Source: a virus
Taxonomy: Duplodnaviria > Caudoviricetes
IMG/VR virus record: IMGVR_UViG_3300044652_000025
Coordinates: 64,001 to 128,000 of that record
Direction: 5' to 3' (one strand)
DNA length: 64,000 nt
Position 1 is the first letter of the stretch; every line of letters begins with the position of its first letter. A program made the translations under genes and the position numbers. Shown piece by piece: positions 1 to 9,120 of the stretch. Under the pieces are notes generated by a model. The model was not told the DNA's origin. It searched no databases and worked only from the letters and a program-made list of their open reading frames with translations.

Positions 1-142
1 CTTTCGAGCGGGGAAGAGAAGGAAACCCCGGGACGCTTCTGATCCGAGCAGGAACGGGCGGCTTGGCCCGCACTTCCCCGGAGCTTCCTTCTCCCCTCCG
101 ACACTTGACTTATACCCGCTCAGGGATCTTTGAAACACGCGT

Positions 143-182
143 CGGAGCCCTCCCCCGAGGAAGTTGAAGGGGGAGGGCTCCG
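143..182. terminator. GC-rich hairpin downstream of the ParB-like gene
   Basis: Inverted repeat cggagccctccccc ... gggggagggctccg. Confidence 0.55.
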
Positions 183-194
183 GGCGCCTGGCGG

Positions 195-1175
195 TTACTT
201 CTTCTTGCGGCTCTTCGGGATCGGGAGCTTCTTGACGTCGCTCCCGGCGATGATCCCGGCGTTGTAGTGCTTGGCCAGGGCGTCGGCGATGGCCCGCGGC
301 TTGCTGGTGTAGTGCTCCTTCGAGTTGCGGATCGGGTCGGCCAGCGCCGATGGCGGCCACTGCCGGAGCGTCACGATGAGGTGACCCTCGTCGAACAGCG
401 GGGTCTTGACCAGGCCGCCCTGCTCGTCGACCGACAGCTTGGTGTAGCGCCGGACGAACTCCCCGACGGACTGGAGCGTGAGGTACGCCCAGGCGTCCGG
501 ATACTGCTGCTGGACCCAGGACTTGTTGATGACCCGGAAGACCGTGGCCAGCCCGTCCTCGCCGATGGTGGCGTACATCTTGCGGAGCGCCTTGACGGCG
601 GTGATGCCACCGAGACCCACGGTCAGGCCGTTGTCGGAGGCGATCCGGTCGACGGCCACCGCCTCGGGGTCACCGGCCTTGAGGTCGGTCTTGTAGAGGT
701 CCGTCGGCGAGAAGCTCGTCCGGCCCCGGTGGATGGTGCCGGTCTGGTTGGCCTCGGCACCGACGCTCATACCCTTGTGGACCCAGCAGGGCACCTGCAT
801 GTCCGGGTTGATGATCTGGGCCACGATGGTCCGGTGCTGGCCCTCGGGCGACCAGAGGCTGGCGTCGGGACGCTCGTTGACGTCGATGGGCTCGAAGGCG
901 TAGGGGTCGAAGTTCCTGATCAGATCCTTGGCCTTCTTCAGGTTGATTCGCCGCTGGTAGCTCTTGTCGACGTTGATGTCCCCGGCCCGGACGTAGCGGA
1001 GTTCGCCGGTGAGCTTCATCTCCGCCAGTTCCTGGCGGCGCTCCTCGGGGATCTCCTTCTCGTACCAGTCGCGCAGGGCCTTGAGCTTGTCCTCCTCGGA
1101 CAGTTCGGTCCGGGGGCGCCTCGGGGTGGGAGTCTCCTCCTCGTCCGCGAGGTCGAGGTCGTCGTCTTCACTCAT
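195..1175 (-). CDS. ParB/Srx-like N-terminal domain protein (DUF6551-like)
   Basis: VDKSYQRRIN...FEPIDVNER...PEGQHR matches the ParB-like YQR/DGQHR motifs; AAAGGA SD upstream. Confidence 0.7.
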   Translation of the reverse strand: MSEDDDLDLADEEETPTPRRPRTELSEEDKLKALRDWYEKEIPEERRQELAEMKLTGELRYVRAGDINVDKSYQRRINLKKAKDLIRNFDPYAFEPIDVNERPDASLWSPEGQHRTIVAQIINPDMQVPCWVHKGMSVGAEANQTGTIHRGRTSFSPTDLYKTDLKAGDPEAVAVDRIASDNGLTVGLGGITAVKALRKMYATIGEDGLATVFRVINKSWVQQQYPDAWAYLTLQSVGEFVRRYTKLSVDEQGGLVKTPLFDEGHLIVTLRQWPPSALADPIRNSKEHYTSKPRAIADALAKHYNAGIIAGSDVKKLPIPKSRKKK

Positions 1176-1282
1176 TTTTCTATCCTTTGTTAGCGGTTGC
1201 TCTATCGATCAGATGACGGGTCGTCCCCTGGCGTGGAATCCACCGTCGGTCTGGGGCATCGGATGAACCGGTGCTGCAAAAC

Positions 1283-1312
1283 TTTATACGGCACGCGCCG
1301 CCGCGATTGCAA
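1283..1312 (-). promoter_or_regulatory. sigma-A-like promoter TTGCAA-18-TATAAA
   Basis: Near-consensus hexamers in AT-rich intergenic DNA upstream of 195..1175. Confidence 0.6.
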
Positions 1313-1479
1313 GCACTACGAGGCTCGTGGCGTTCAAAAATTTTTCTAGGCGTACACCGTAACGATCGTTTGAAGATTGGTGGCGGGGAAACAGCCTCTG
1401 ACCTGCACTTTTAGCAATCTGGATAACCGAGGAGGCCGAGATAATTTTATCTCGGGGCATGTCAGGGCACTCCCAGCGG

Positions 1480-1830
1480 TCAGTGATGGTGGTGATGTGT
1501 CTGTATCGCGGTGGTGTCAGTCGAGATTACACCAGCCTCACCAAGCTCAAGAACATCGTGGGTCGCCTCCCACACGGCCTTGTCCTGGTCGAATTCCCCG
1601 GCCAAGCGGTCGACGATGTCGATGTCGAAGGCGACGACGCCCTCCTGGTCGGTCTCGTAGGCCCGGACGGCCACCTTGAAGCCGATGGCCGCGAACCGGT
1701 CCATCGCCTCCTGGCGAAACCCTTCGAGGTTCACCCCGGCCTGGCCCTGACGTCGGCGCAATATCTCCAGGACTTTTTCGATGCCGATGATCTCGGAGTC
1801 ATGGATCTCGATGAGGGCTTCAGCCATAGG
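1480..1830 (-). CDS. hypothetical protein with C-terminal poly-His
   Basis: ORF probably starting MAEALIEIH and ending QTHHHHH; phage-like codon usage. Confidence 0.65.
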   Translation of the reverse strand, partial: PMAEALIEIHDSEIIGIEKVLEILRRRQGQAGVNLEGFRQEAMDRFAAIGFKVAVRAYETDQEGVVAFDIDIVDRLAGEFDQDKAVWEATHDVLELGEAGVISTDTTAIQTHHHHH

Positions 1831-1873
1831 TATGATCCTCGCCTTAGATGGGACGAACGATGAGGAGACGATC

Positions 1874-2239
1874 ATGAAGAAGATCTTGGTTGCCGTCGGG
1901 CTCTTCGTCCTGGGGACGGCCCCAGCCTACGGCACGGCGGCGATGTACCACCACGGCCACCGCCACCGCGGCGAGACCCCTCGCTGCTACCGCGACGACA
2001 ACGGCTGCAACGACAACGACGGCACCCAGGGCGGCGGCAACGGGAACAAGGGCCGGGACGGGGACGAGCAGCGGGGCGACAGGAACTGCCACTCGTTCTG
2101 CGGCAACACGATCATCGTCCCGACTCCGTTCGGATCGTCGACGACGACCACGACGCGCCCGAAGGGGGCCGAGGACGAGGAGGCGGATTCGATCGCCTGC
2201 CTCGTCCCGGTCCCCTACCACTGCGACCCCCGCCGCTAG
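1874..2239 (+). CDS. secreted Cys/His-rich low-complexity protein
   Basis: GAGGAG SD; signal peptide MKKILVAVGLFVLGTAPAYG; three Cys pairs; Thr linker. Confidence 0.7.
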   Translation: MKKILVAVGLFVLGTAPAYGTAAMYHHGHRHRGETPRCYRDDNGCNDNDGTQGGGNGNKGRDGDEQRGDRNCHSFCGNTIIVPTPFGSSTTTTTRPKGAEDEEADSIACLVPVPYHCDPRR

Positions 2240-2496
2240 GGCATCAACCCCCGGGCGAGGACGATCCCCGCCTCCTCCAACGCGGTGAGGACGAGATCGG
2301 CCATCTGCATGCCCATCGAGGTGAAGATCTGCGCCAACTCGATGGGCATCTGGAGGAACTGCTCGATCTGGGTGCCGAGCGAACCGGCCAGGCCACCCAG
2401 CGGATCAGTCGTCTGCCCCTGGATGGCGTGGCCGAGGTTCCCGAAGGTCTGGCCGAGGACGGCTCGGGCCTCGTCACGGACCCCTGAATCGCTCAT
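2236..2496 (-). CDS. small helical hypothetical protein
   Basis: ATGA overlap with the upstream gene. Confidence 0.65.
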   Translation of the reverse strand: MSDSGVRDEARAVLGQTFGNLGHAIQGQTTDPLGGLAGSLGTQIEQFLQMPIELAQIFTSMGMQMADLVLTALEEAGIVLARGLMP

Positions 2497-2699
2497 TGAC
2501 CGCCGCCGCCGCCGATCCGGTTCCGGAGGTCGTTGACCTTGGCGGCCAGCTGCTCCTCCAGGGAGCCCAGCCGCTCAACCTGCTCACCGGCCCAGCCGGT
2601 GCCGTCGCCGATGGCGTCGAGGACCATGGAGAGGGCCTGGAGAACCACGTCGGGTCCGGCCTCTGCCAGGTTGCCGAGTTCGCCGAGGACGTTCGTCAC
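2493..2699 (-). CDS. small helical hypothetical protein
   Basis: GTGA/ATGA coupling on both sides. Confidence 0.65.
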   Translation of the reverse strand: MTNVLGELGNLAEAGPDVVLQALSMVLDAIGDGTGWAGEQVERLGSLEEQLAAKVNDLRNRIGGGGGQ

Positions 2700-3004
2700 G
2701 GCGTACCTCCCGGAGCCGGAGCCGGGGCCGGTCCAGCGCCACCACCCGACTGGGCCTGGAGGATGTCCCGGATCTGGGTCAGGAGGTCGATCAGCTGCTG
2801 GAAGTCCTGGCGCATCTCGGCCTGCATCCCGCTGAAGTCGGGGAACATCCCGCCCCGGGCCGGGTCGTTGGGGTTCGCCGCACCCATGGCCGGGGCGTTG
2901 GGGGTCGTACCCTGCGGCTGGGCGTTGGGATCATTCGGATTCGGCTGCGGCTGACCGGCCTGATTGGCCTGCTGCTGAGCCTGAGCCTCCTGAGGATTGG
3001 CCAT
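2696..3004 (-). CDS. Gln/Pro-rich hypothetical protein (MANPQEAQ...)
   Basis: Strong AAGGAGG SD before ATG at 3004. Confidence 0.65.
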   Translation of the reverse strand: MANPQEAQAQQQANQAGQPQPNPNDPNAQPQGTTPNAPAMGAANPNDPARGGMFPDFSGMQAEMRQDFQQLIDLLTQIRDILQAQSGGGAGPAPAPAPGGTP

Positions 3005-3398
3005 CGTTGCCTCCTTGTCCGTCCTGATATCCATCTCGGTAACCGTCGCGGTAGCCCTGTCGGTAGTCGCCACCCTGGTCGGATACCGTGTCTCCGTCGC
3101 TCGGACTGGTCGTCGTCGTACTGCCTTCGTCGTATCTCGGGGAGGGGGCGGGGTAGTAGTAGTACCGGTCTCCGCCTTGGTAGGAGTGGTGACCACGGCT
3201 CTGACCACTATTCCCAGACCGACCAGACCCGCGACCACCGCTGCCAGACCGACCGTGATGGCCTGCGTTTGATCCGTCGTGGCCGCTATGAGCGCCGCTG
3301 TGACCGCCACTGTGGCCTCCTCCGCTCCGGCTGGCCGCCAGGGCCGGGGTGGGGGCCAGGACCATCAGGAAGGCCACCAGGGCCGCTCTACGCCTCAT
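2931..3398 (-). CDS. secreted Gly/Ser/His-rich disordered protein
   Basis: Signal peptide MRRRAALVAFLMVLAPTPALA; GYRDG repeats. Confidence 0.65.
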   Translation of the reverse strand: MRRRAALVAFLMVLAPTPALAASRSGGGHSGGHSGAHSGHDGSNAGHHGRSGSGGRGSGRSGNSGQSRGHHSYQGGDRYYYYPAPSPRYDEGSTTTTSPSDGDTVSDQGGDYRQGYRDGYRDGYQDGQGGNDGQSSGGSGSAAGQSGRSAAAESE

Positions 3399-3618
3399 CG
3401 GATTCGCCCTCCCTGATCATCACGTAGAGGTGGACGCCACGGCGCTTCTGGTGCAGCCGCTGGTACCGCACCATCGGGTGATGCGGTTCACCGGTGTTCG
3501 GATCGACGGTGGGGACCGGCATCACAGGGCGTTCGATCTGATCGGGCAGATCCCGGATGTCGATCTGTTCGCCGTCGAGGGCTCCGCCCCAAAGCTCGAC
3601 CTTCGGCATGACCATCAC
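3388..3618 (-). CDS. hypothetical protein
   Basis: GGALDG motif common in small actinophage proteins; GGAGG SD. Confidence 0.6.
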   Translation of the reverse strand: MMVMPKVELWGGALDGEQIDIRDLPDQIERPVMPVPTVDPNTGEPHHPMVRYQRLHQKRRGVHLYVMIREGESDEA

Positions 3619-3761
3619 CTCCCACCCCTTCGAGGTGCTCCGAGGGTCTGTGGCAGGGCCTTACCCGCAGGTCAGCGGCCTGATCCTTTGAAACGGTCTT
3701 CGTCCCTTTTGGGGCATTGTCTGGAGCGATGAGGTGGGAGTTCCTGGGGTAAGCCAGGACC

Positions 3762-3929
3762 ATGGTCATCGGACTGATTCCCCTGATCCTCATCATCCTG
3801 CTGGTCCTCTGGCTCACCGGCTACGCCCGGCCCTACGCCATTGGGCCGCTCGGGATCATCCTGGTGATCCTGATCATCCTGTGGCTGGCCGGGGCCTTCA
3901 GCGGCAGCTGTAGCGGTCCGAACTGCTAA
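3762..3929 (+). CDS. small two-TM membrane protein (55 aa)
   Basis: Read manually: MVIGLIPLILIILLVLWLTGYARPYAIGPLGIILVILIILWLAGAFSGSCSGPNC. Confidence 0.65.
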   Translation: MVIGLIPLILIILLVLWLTGYARPYAIGPLGIILVILIILWLAGAFSGSCSGPNC

Positions 3930-4063
3930 GGCCGGTAGCCCCGCAGCCAGTACCAGGCCCGGACGACGCGGTTCGGGCGGGGATGACGTCCCCAGACCCA
4001 GGGCGGCACCTTGAACGTCCGGGCCAGCCGGTCTGCTTCGCGCTGGCGCTGGTAGTCGTGCAT
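3926..4063 (-). CDS. small Arg/Trp-rich protein (45 aa)
   Basis: Read manually: MHDYQRQREADRLARTFKVPPWVWGRH...; GAGGGGG SD. Confidence 0.5.
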   Translation of the reverse strand: MHDYQRQREADRLARTFKVPPWVWGRHPRPNRVVRAWYWLRGYRP

Positions 4064-4136
4064 GGCCCCCTCAGGAACAGCCCCGGCCCGCTCGACCGGT
4101 GGCTGGGGACACCGGGAGCGGGCCGGGGGACTTGGG

Positions 4137-5162
4137 TTAGTTCAACCTCGACTGGCAGTGGGCGCAGCGGGTGGCGTGCTCGTGGATCAGCGATCCGCCC
4201 GTCTGCTCCAGGATCCGCCGCGCACCGGACCGGCGGACGGCGGGGTTGTTGGCCTCGTTGGTGATCAGGTTGGTGAGGTCGAACATGGTGGTCGTCCCGT
4301 CGTCGCCGGTGATCTCCGGCACCCGGCGGACCAGGCCCATGAGGATCCGGTCCGAGAGGCCCTGCTCCTGGCCCATCCGCAGGAGAGCCTGCTCGGGGTG
4401 TTCGACCCGCTCCTGGCGCATGGCGTAGAACGCCTCGATCTCGGCCTCGGCCCGAGCGAACATCCGGTCGGCGATCCCCTCGAACTCGGTGAGGATCTCG
4501 TCGACGGTCTGACCCCGGGCGTCGATCCGCTCGCCCTCGTTCAGCCGCTCGTAGCCGTTGGTGCAGGCCAGGCGGTAGAGGAGGAGGCTGGCTGAGGGGG
4601 CGTAGAACTGCGTCCCCTGCTTGAGATTCTGGGTGAAGCGCAGCCCGGCGCCGGTGAGGTCACCGACCTGACGGTCGCCACCCCAGCCGCGGTCGAAGTC
4701 CGTGGGGACCAGCACGTCGAGGCGGAACTCCCGGGACGGCTCGTTCCAGAAGTCGATGACCGGGGCCTCGGGGTCGATGACCCGGGCGGCGACGTCGACG
4801 AGGCGACGGGGGTCGATGTGGCGGGACTGCTGGCTCCGGATGTCGAGCAGCCCGGAGTCGGAGAGCTTGACGGCGTGGACGTCGGCCGCGTTGGTGGTCT
4901 GGAGCATCCGCTGGAGGATGGTCTCGGTGAGGTCGTCCGGGGTCCGCTCCAGGAACTTGGCCGGGATGTCGAGGCGGGCGGCCAGGGCGGCGATGCCGTC
5001 CTTGGTGGCGGGAACCTCGCGGTCCTTGACCCGGATGCTGGGGACGTCGGCGGTGAGGTTCACGGTGATCTCGGACGACCGGGCCGAGATGACCTCACCG
5101 CCGACGTCCAGCCGCTCCCTTACGTCAGGGAGAGTCAGTGTCGGGGGTTCACGAAGGAACAT
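4137..5162 (-). CDS. DUF932-like protein
   Basis: LLYRLACTNG motif; own promoter and GGAGG SD. Confidence 0.65.
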   Translation of the reverse strand: MFLREPPTLTLPDVRERLDVGGEVISARSSEITVNLTADVPSIRVKDREVPATKDGIAALAARLDIPAKFLERTPDDLTETILQRMLQTTNAADVHAVKLSDSGLLDIRSQQSRHIDPRRLVDVAARVIDPEAPVIDFWNEPSREFRLDVLVPTDFDRGWGGDRQVGDLTGAGLRFTQNLKQGTQFYAPSASLLLYRLACTNGYERLNEGERIDARGQTVDEILTEFEGIADRMFARAEAEIEAFYAMRQERVEHPEQALLRMGQEQGLSDRILMGLVRRVPEITGDDGTTTMFDLTNLITNEANNPAVRRSGARRILEQTGGSLIHEHATRCAHCQSRLN

Positions 5163-5206
5163 GCTGGCGGGTACCTCCTGGGTAGATGCTGCGGGCTACG
5201 AGTTGT

Positions 5207-5235
5207 ACCTTAGCAAGGTTCCTTGATGAAGGCAA
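5207..5235 (-). promoter_or_regulatory. sigma-A-like promoter TTGCCT-17-TAAGGT
   Basis: Spacing and position upstream of the DUF932-like gene. Confidence 0.55.
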
Positions 5236-5254
5236 GTAGTTTCACGAGATTTTT

Positions 5255-5536
5255 CTATGATCCTCTTCCTTGGCTCCAGAACCAGTCGTGAGCGCACTCG
5301 ATGAGGAGGATGGCGATCGAATGGTCGATGGCGAAGCGGAGCCGCTCGTCGTCAGGTCCGACGGCGACGTGCTCGCAGGCGAAGCTGCCGTCCTCGAAGA
5401 AGGACAGCTGGCCGGTGCAGGTCAGGGGATGGTGCGGGGCCGGGGTATGGGCGTCGTACCCGCCCGGCCCGTAGGACGACGCCGACAGCGTCGCCTGGAG
5501 GCTGATCTCGCTCCGGTTGTGAATGGGACCGTTCAC
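5255..5536 (-). CDS. hypothetical protein
   Basis: ORF in operon orientation. Confidence 0.5.
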   Translation of the reverse strand: MNGPIHNRSEISLQATLSASSYGPGGYDAHTPAPHHPLTCTGQLSFFEDGSFACEHVAVGPDDERLRFAIDHSIAILLIECAHDWFWSQGRGS

Positions 5537-5558
5537 GAAGCGATAGGGGCGCCGGGGA

Positions 5559-5744
5559 CTAGTGGTCGTGGGGCTCCAGCTTGTCGCTGGCGTCGGGGAG
5601 GGCCGACCTCGGCAGCGTCAGGATGCTCTTGCCGTGGAGGCAGACGTGGGGGAACCACCAGTTGTCGGCGTCCCACTCGCAGTAGAGGAAGTCCTTCTTG
5701 CAGAGCGGGCAGGTGGCCGTGCGCTCCCCGGGCTCAGATGTCAT
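5559..5744 (-). CDS. small Zn-binding hypothetical protein
   Basis: CPLC...HVC; start overlaps the end of the endolysin gene. Confidence 0.5.
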   Translation of the reverse strand: MTSEPGERTATCPLCKKDFLYCEWDADNWWFPHVCLHGKSILTLPRSALPDASDKLEPHDH

Positions 5745-6894
5745 ACGATTCGAGTTTGTTCGAGACCCAGGAGTACCTCCAAGAACTTGGGTCACTCGGG
5801 TTACCACGGAAGTAGGCCCCGGCGACGCGGTGGATCCCGGCCTTGTACTCGTCGGCGAACTTCGCGTACGTCCCGTTGAAGGGGGCGTCCCCGAAGGCGA
5901 ACACTCCGCCGTCCTCCCCGAAGAGCCAGTAGCCCTTGCCGGTCGGCGTCGGCAGGAAGGCGGCGATGGGAGCGTTGAGTTGGATCCCACCCAGGCTGCC
6001 GTAGAAGTTGGACGGCGCCTTGGTGTAGATGCCGCCGGACTTGGTGACCAGCCAGCCGCCGTCGGACGTCGGGTCGTCGATGAAGCCGATGGCGTCGGGG
6101 AGCGCGGTGGTGAGCACGACACCTCCATTGGGGCTGGGCTGGGGAGCGATAGGCGACGGGGCCGGGCTGTAACCCGCCGGAGGAGCCAGACCGGCCCGGA
6201 CCCAGTTACGGACGATGTCCCCGGGACAGGCCGTGGCGAACCAGTCGGAGTGGACGTGGGTCTCCTGGGTGGCCCCGGCGTGCTGGGTCATGAGCAGCCG
6301 GGCGTCGAGGAGCCCGGCCTTGGCGGCGTCGGAGAGCGGGTCGCCCACACCGGCGATGAAGCAGACGGCGTAGGACGAGCCGTTGGAGGCGTTGGTGCCG
6401 TTGGCCGCGGAGCGGTTCCAGTAGCCCCGGCCCTCGTAGATCGAGCCGTGGATGCAGACCAGCAGGTTGTAGGCGATGTCGATCCAGCCGTTGTGATCCA
6501 TGTGGTACGCCTGGATCCCCTGGACGATGCCGACGCACCTGGAATGGTCGTAGGCGCCCATCGTCGGCCCCTCGTAGTGGAAGGTGACCGAGCACCCCGC
6601 TGGCATCTTGAGGTAGGCCGAAGTCGGCTGGCGGGCACCCCACTGGGCTCGGGTGATGAAGGGCGATGCCCCGGCCACCTTCATCGGGCCGGTCAGCGCC
6701 AACCTCTGCTTGGCCTCCCGCTTGAGGCGGGTGACGTGGGGCATGACCTTGTGCAGCACCTCGCCGACGAGGCCCTCGCCCGCCGGGCTGTGGTCGTTCC
6801 CGGCGTCGACCGGTTCGGTGGGCATGGTAAAGACCGCCGGAGTGATGCCGTCGGCGGGCGGGTCCATGTTGGGGGTGAAGGTCTGGTCAGCCAT
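5734..6894 (-). CDS. endolysin, N-acetylmuramoyl-L-alanine amidase (Amidase_2/PGRP) with C-terminal GYWL-DGG repeats
   Basis: ITRAQWGA, HY, IQAYHM..GWIDIAYN, YEGRG, HSDWFATACPG; C-terminal GYWLFGEDGGVFAFGDAPF. Confidence 0.9.
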   Translation of the reverse strand: MADQTFTPNMDPPADGITPAVFTMPTEPVDAGNDHSPAGEGLVGEVLHKVMPHVTRLKREAKQRLALTGPMKVAGASPFITRAQWGARQPTSAYLKMPAGCSVTFHYEGPTMGAYDHSRCVGIVQGIQAYHMDHNGWIDIAYNLLVCIHGSIYEGRGYWNRSAANGTNASNGSSYAVCFIAGVGDPLSDAAKAGLLDARLLMTQHAGATQETHVHSDWFATACPGDIVRNWVRAGLAPPAGYSPAPSPIAPQPSPNGGVVLTTALPDAIGFIDDPTSDGGWLVTKSGGIYTKAPSNFYGSLGGIQLNAPIAAFLPTPTGKGYWLFGEDGGVFAFGDAPFNGTYAKFADEYKAGIHRVAGAYFRGNPSDPSSWRYSWVSNKLESYDI

Positions 6895-7567
6895 GGGCGG
6901 CCTCCTCGTCGACGTCGATGGCGCTGGCCTTCTGGAGGTAGCCCTTCACCACCGGGTTGGAGGAGATGAGGGCGCCGATCTCCTTGACCTGAGCGGGCGT
7001 ACAGACCTTGGCGACGGCCTGCATGTACGAGAGGAAGCCCCGGAGGACGACCTGGTGGTCGAGGTTGCCGCCGTCCCCGGCCAGTTCCTCGGCCTTCATG
7101 ATGAGCTTGGCGAACTCGATCCCATCCTTGATGTCGGGCTGGATCTCGCCGGTGGCGACGCGCTCCAGCACCCGCTGGAGGCCGATCCGGGCGAAGCCGA
7201 GGTAGTCGATGATGCTGGTCTCGGCCTCTTCGATGCTCTTGCCGACCTGACGGGCGTGCTCCTCCATGATCCCCCGTCGGACGGCGAGATCCATGGGGAG
7301 GTGCTGGTTGCGGACGTGCTCAGCGACGTTCTGGGTGGTGAGGCCCTCTTCCTCGCCGTAGTTGCGGGCTACCGGGGCGTAGCCGTAGCCCTTGAGGAGG
7401 GCCTCCTCGATCTGCGCCCGGTGCCGGGAATTGCACACCCGGCAGTGGGTCGCCATTCGCATGGGGTACTCCCTACCCCCGACGCGGTAGACGATGGTCG
7501 AGGTGGGGCTCGTCCCAGGCCGGGTGATCGAGACCACCTCGGCGACGCGGTCGTCGTCGTTAGGCAC
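6887..7567 (-). CDS. conserved phage protein with CxxC (possible small terminase-like)
   Basis: HCRVCNS...HVRNQHLP; function is inference only. Confidence 0.55.
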   Translation of the reverse strand: MPNDDDRVAEVVSITRPGTSPTSTIVYRVGGREYPMRMATHCRVCNSRHRAQIEEALLKGYGYAPVARNYGEEEGLTTQNVAEHVRNQHLPMDLAVRRGIMEEHARQVGKSIEEAETSIIDYLGFARIGLQRVLERVATGEIQPDIKDGIEFAKLIMKAEELAGDGGNLDHQVVLRGFLSYMQAVAKVCTPAQVKEIGALISSNPVVKGYLQKASAIDVDEEAAHG

Positions 7568-7888
7568 CTAGTCCTCGATCTCGCCGCCATGCTCGGCCAG
7601 GAAGCCCGACAGGCTCCCCATACCGTGGCGGGCTCGGGCGATCCCCTCGCGGCTGTTCAATTCCGGGCGGACGGGGTTGAGCGCCCGATGGAACATGCCC
7701 CGCCGCACCGCCGGGTCGGGGGAGCCGGACGCGGTGTAGACCTCGCGGCGATGCCGGTCGGCCTCTTTCCAGGGGGTCAGGATGTCAGCCTTGGCCGAGT
7801 GCTTGGTGACTCCCTGGAGTGACTCTCGGATCAGGCGGTTCGCTTCATCTTCAAGTGGCCGGTGGACTCCTCGTCGAATTGGCGGCAC
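7568..7888 (-). CDS. hypothetical protein
   Basis: ORF abutting its neighbours. Confidence 0.5.
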   Translation of the reverse strand: MPPIRRGVHRPLEDEANRLIRESLQGVTKHSAKADILTPWKEADRHRREVYTASGSPDPAVRRGMFHRALNPVRPELNSREGIARARHGMGSLSGFLAEHGGEIED

Positions 7889-8298
7889 GGCTGCTCCTCT
7901 GTCACATCCACCAGGTGAGGTTCGACGGTGACGTCGATCGTGATTTCCATTCCAGCTTCGTAATCGGGCCTGAATCGGGGAAACCGCCCGGCCTGGATCA
8001 TAGAGATCAATTTGGTCAAACCATTGTTGGCGTAGATGGAGACAGGATTGGTGAACGACACACCCATCGCCACAGCAGCCTCTGCCTCTTTCATATTTTG
8101 GACGAAGCAGAGTTCAATGGCCTGATGCTGGCGTATCGGTAAGAGCGGCAGTTGCTCGTACAGGTACTCCAGATCCCAGAGCGTCCACTCGACCCCGTCA
8201 GGGTCGGTGAGTGTATCGATGCCCTCGGTCTCGTAACAGGCCCGAAAGGCCTGGAGGTTCCTGAGGAGCGACCTCAGCGTCGCCACGTCGAGCGCCAC
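7831..8298 (-). CDS. sigma-70 region 4-like HTH protein
   Basis: LPIRQHQAIELCFVQNMKEAEAAVAMGVS; GTG start after GGAAGG. Confidence 0.7.
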   Translation of the reverse strand: MALDVATLRSLLRNLQAFRACYETEGIDTLTDPDGVEWTLWDLEYLYEQLPLLPIRQHQAIELCFVQNMKEAEAAVAMGVSFTNPVSIYANNGLTKLISMIQAGRFPRFRPDYEAGMEITIDVTVEPHLVDVTEEQPCRQFDEESTGHLKMKRTA

Positions 8299-8433
8299 GG
8301 ACCACCTTCCCGCTGGCCTCCGCATGGCGCCCTGTAACCGGACGGCCGGGAAGAAGCGGCCCGGCTCCGCAGGGTCATACCCTACATTGTCTCCACCGAA
8401 CCACTTGGAGTGATGGTCGTCAAGAGGATCGTG

Positions 8434-9120
8434 TCACTGGTACCCGGTGAGCGAGTCCTTCAGTCTCTGACCGAGCCTCTCCATGGCCTTCACGAGAGCG
8501 TCGGCACGGTGACTCAAGGCGCTGAGGTAGATGGCGAAGTAACGCTCTTCGCGAGCCTCCAGATTGCCAGCTGCCCTGCGGTCATCGACGGTGCCCGTCA
8601 CCGGGGCATCGAACCCGATGGCAAACTGCTCCTCGAATTGGCCCCGGGCCATGGTGGCTTCCATGCGGATGTCAGCGGCGCGCTGATCCCAGTCGAAGAG
8701 GCGGTGGGTGATCGCGAACAACAGGTGCTCGCGCTGGGTCCGGGACAGGCGCGTGAAGTCCTCGTCGAACTGGCCATTTGGCAATCTCTTCCAGATGACG
8801 AAGCCGTGCTGGTTCCGTTTGATCTCACCGGTGATCTCGTCGACCTCCGGCGTTCGGACGGCTTCGAGAATCTCGTTCATGACCTCAAAAGCGTCCGGGA
8901 ACTCCATCAGGATCTTGCCCTCGACCGCGGCCTTGGCCCGCTGGATGACCGGGCGATCCTCGGAACGCCAGTCGAGGCGCATTCGGGCGAATCCCGGCGA
9001 CCGCATGGGGTGTTCCGTGGGCACATCGGCGGGCTGATCGATGGTCTTGCTCTCCTCGTCGGCTACCGCGTCGGCGGCGGGTTCCTGGCCGTACTGATGG
9101 CCTTGCGGGATGCCCTTCAC
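8434..9120 (-). CDS. conserved hypothetical phage protein
   Basis: GTGA coupling with the RuvC-like gene; coiled-coil C-terminus. Confidence 0.6.
   Translation of the reverse strand: MKGIPQGHQYGQEPAADAVADEESKTIDQPADVPTEHPMRSPGFARMRLDWRSEDRPVIQRAKAAVEGKILMEFPDAFEVMNEILEAVRTPEVDEITGEIKRNQHGFVIWKRLPNGQFDEDFTRLSRTQREHLLFAITHRLFDWDQRAADIRMEATMARGQFEEQFAIGFDAPVTGTVDDRRAAGNLEAREERYFAIYLSALSHRADALVKAMERLGQRLKDSLTGYQ

Noticed and set aside
103-130. dif-like site (ATAAGTCAAGT resembles an XerD arm)
   Set aside because: No matching XerC arm; better explained as a promoter -10 region
2236-2699. WXG100/ESAT-6 pair
   Set aside because: Too short, and only one has a WAG motif; the resemblance is insufficient
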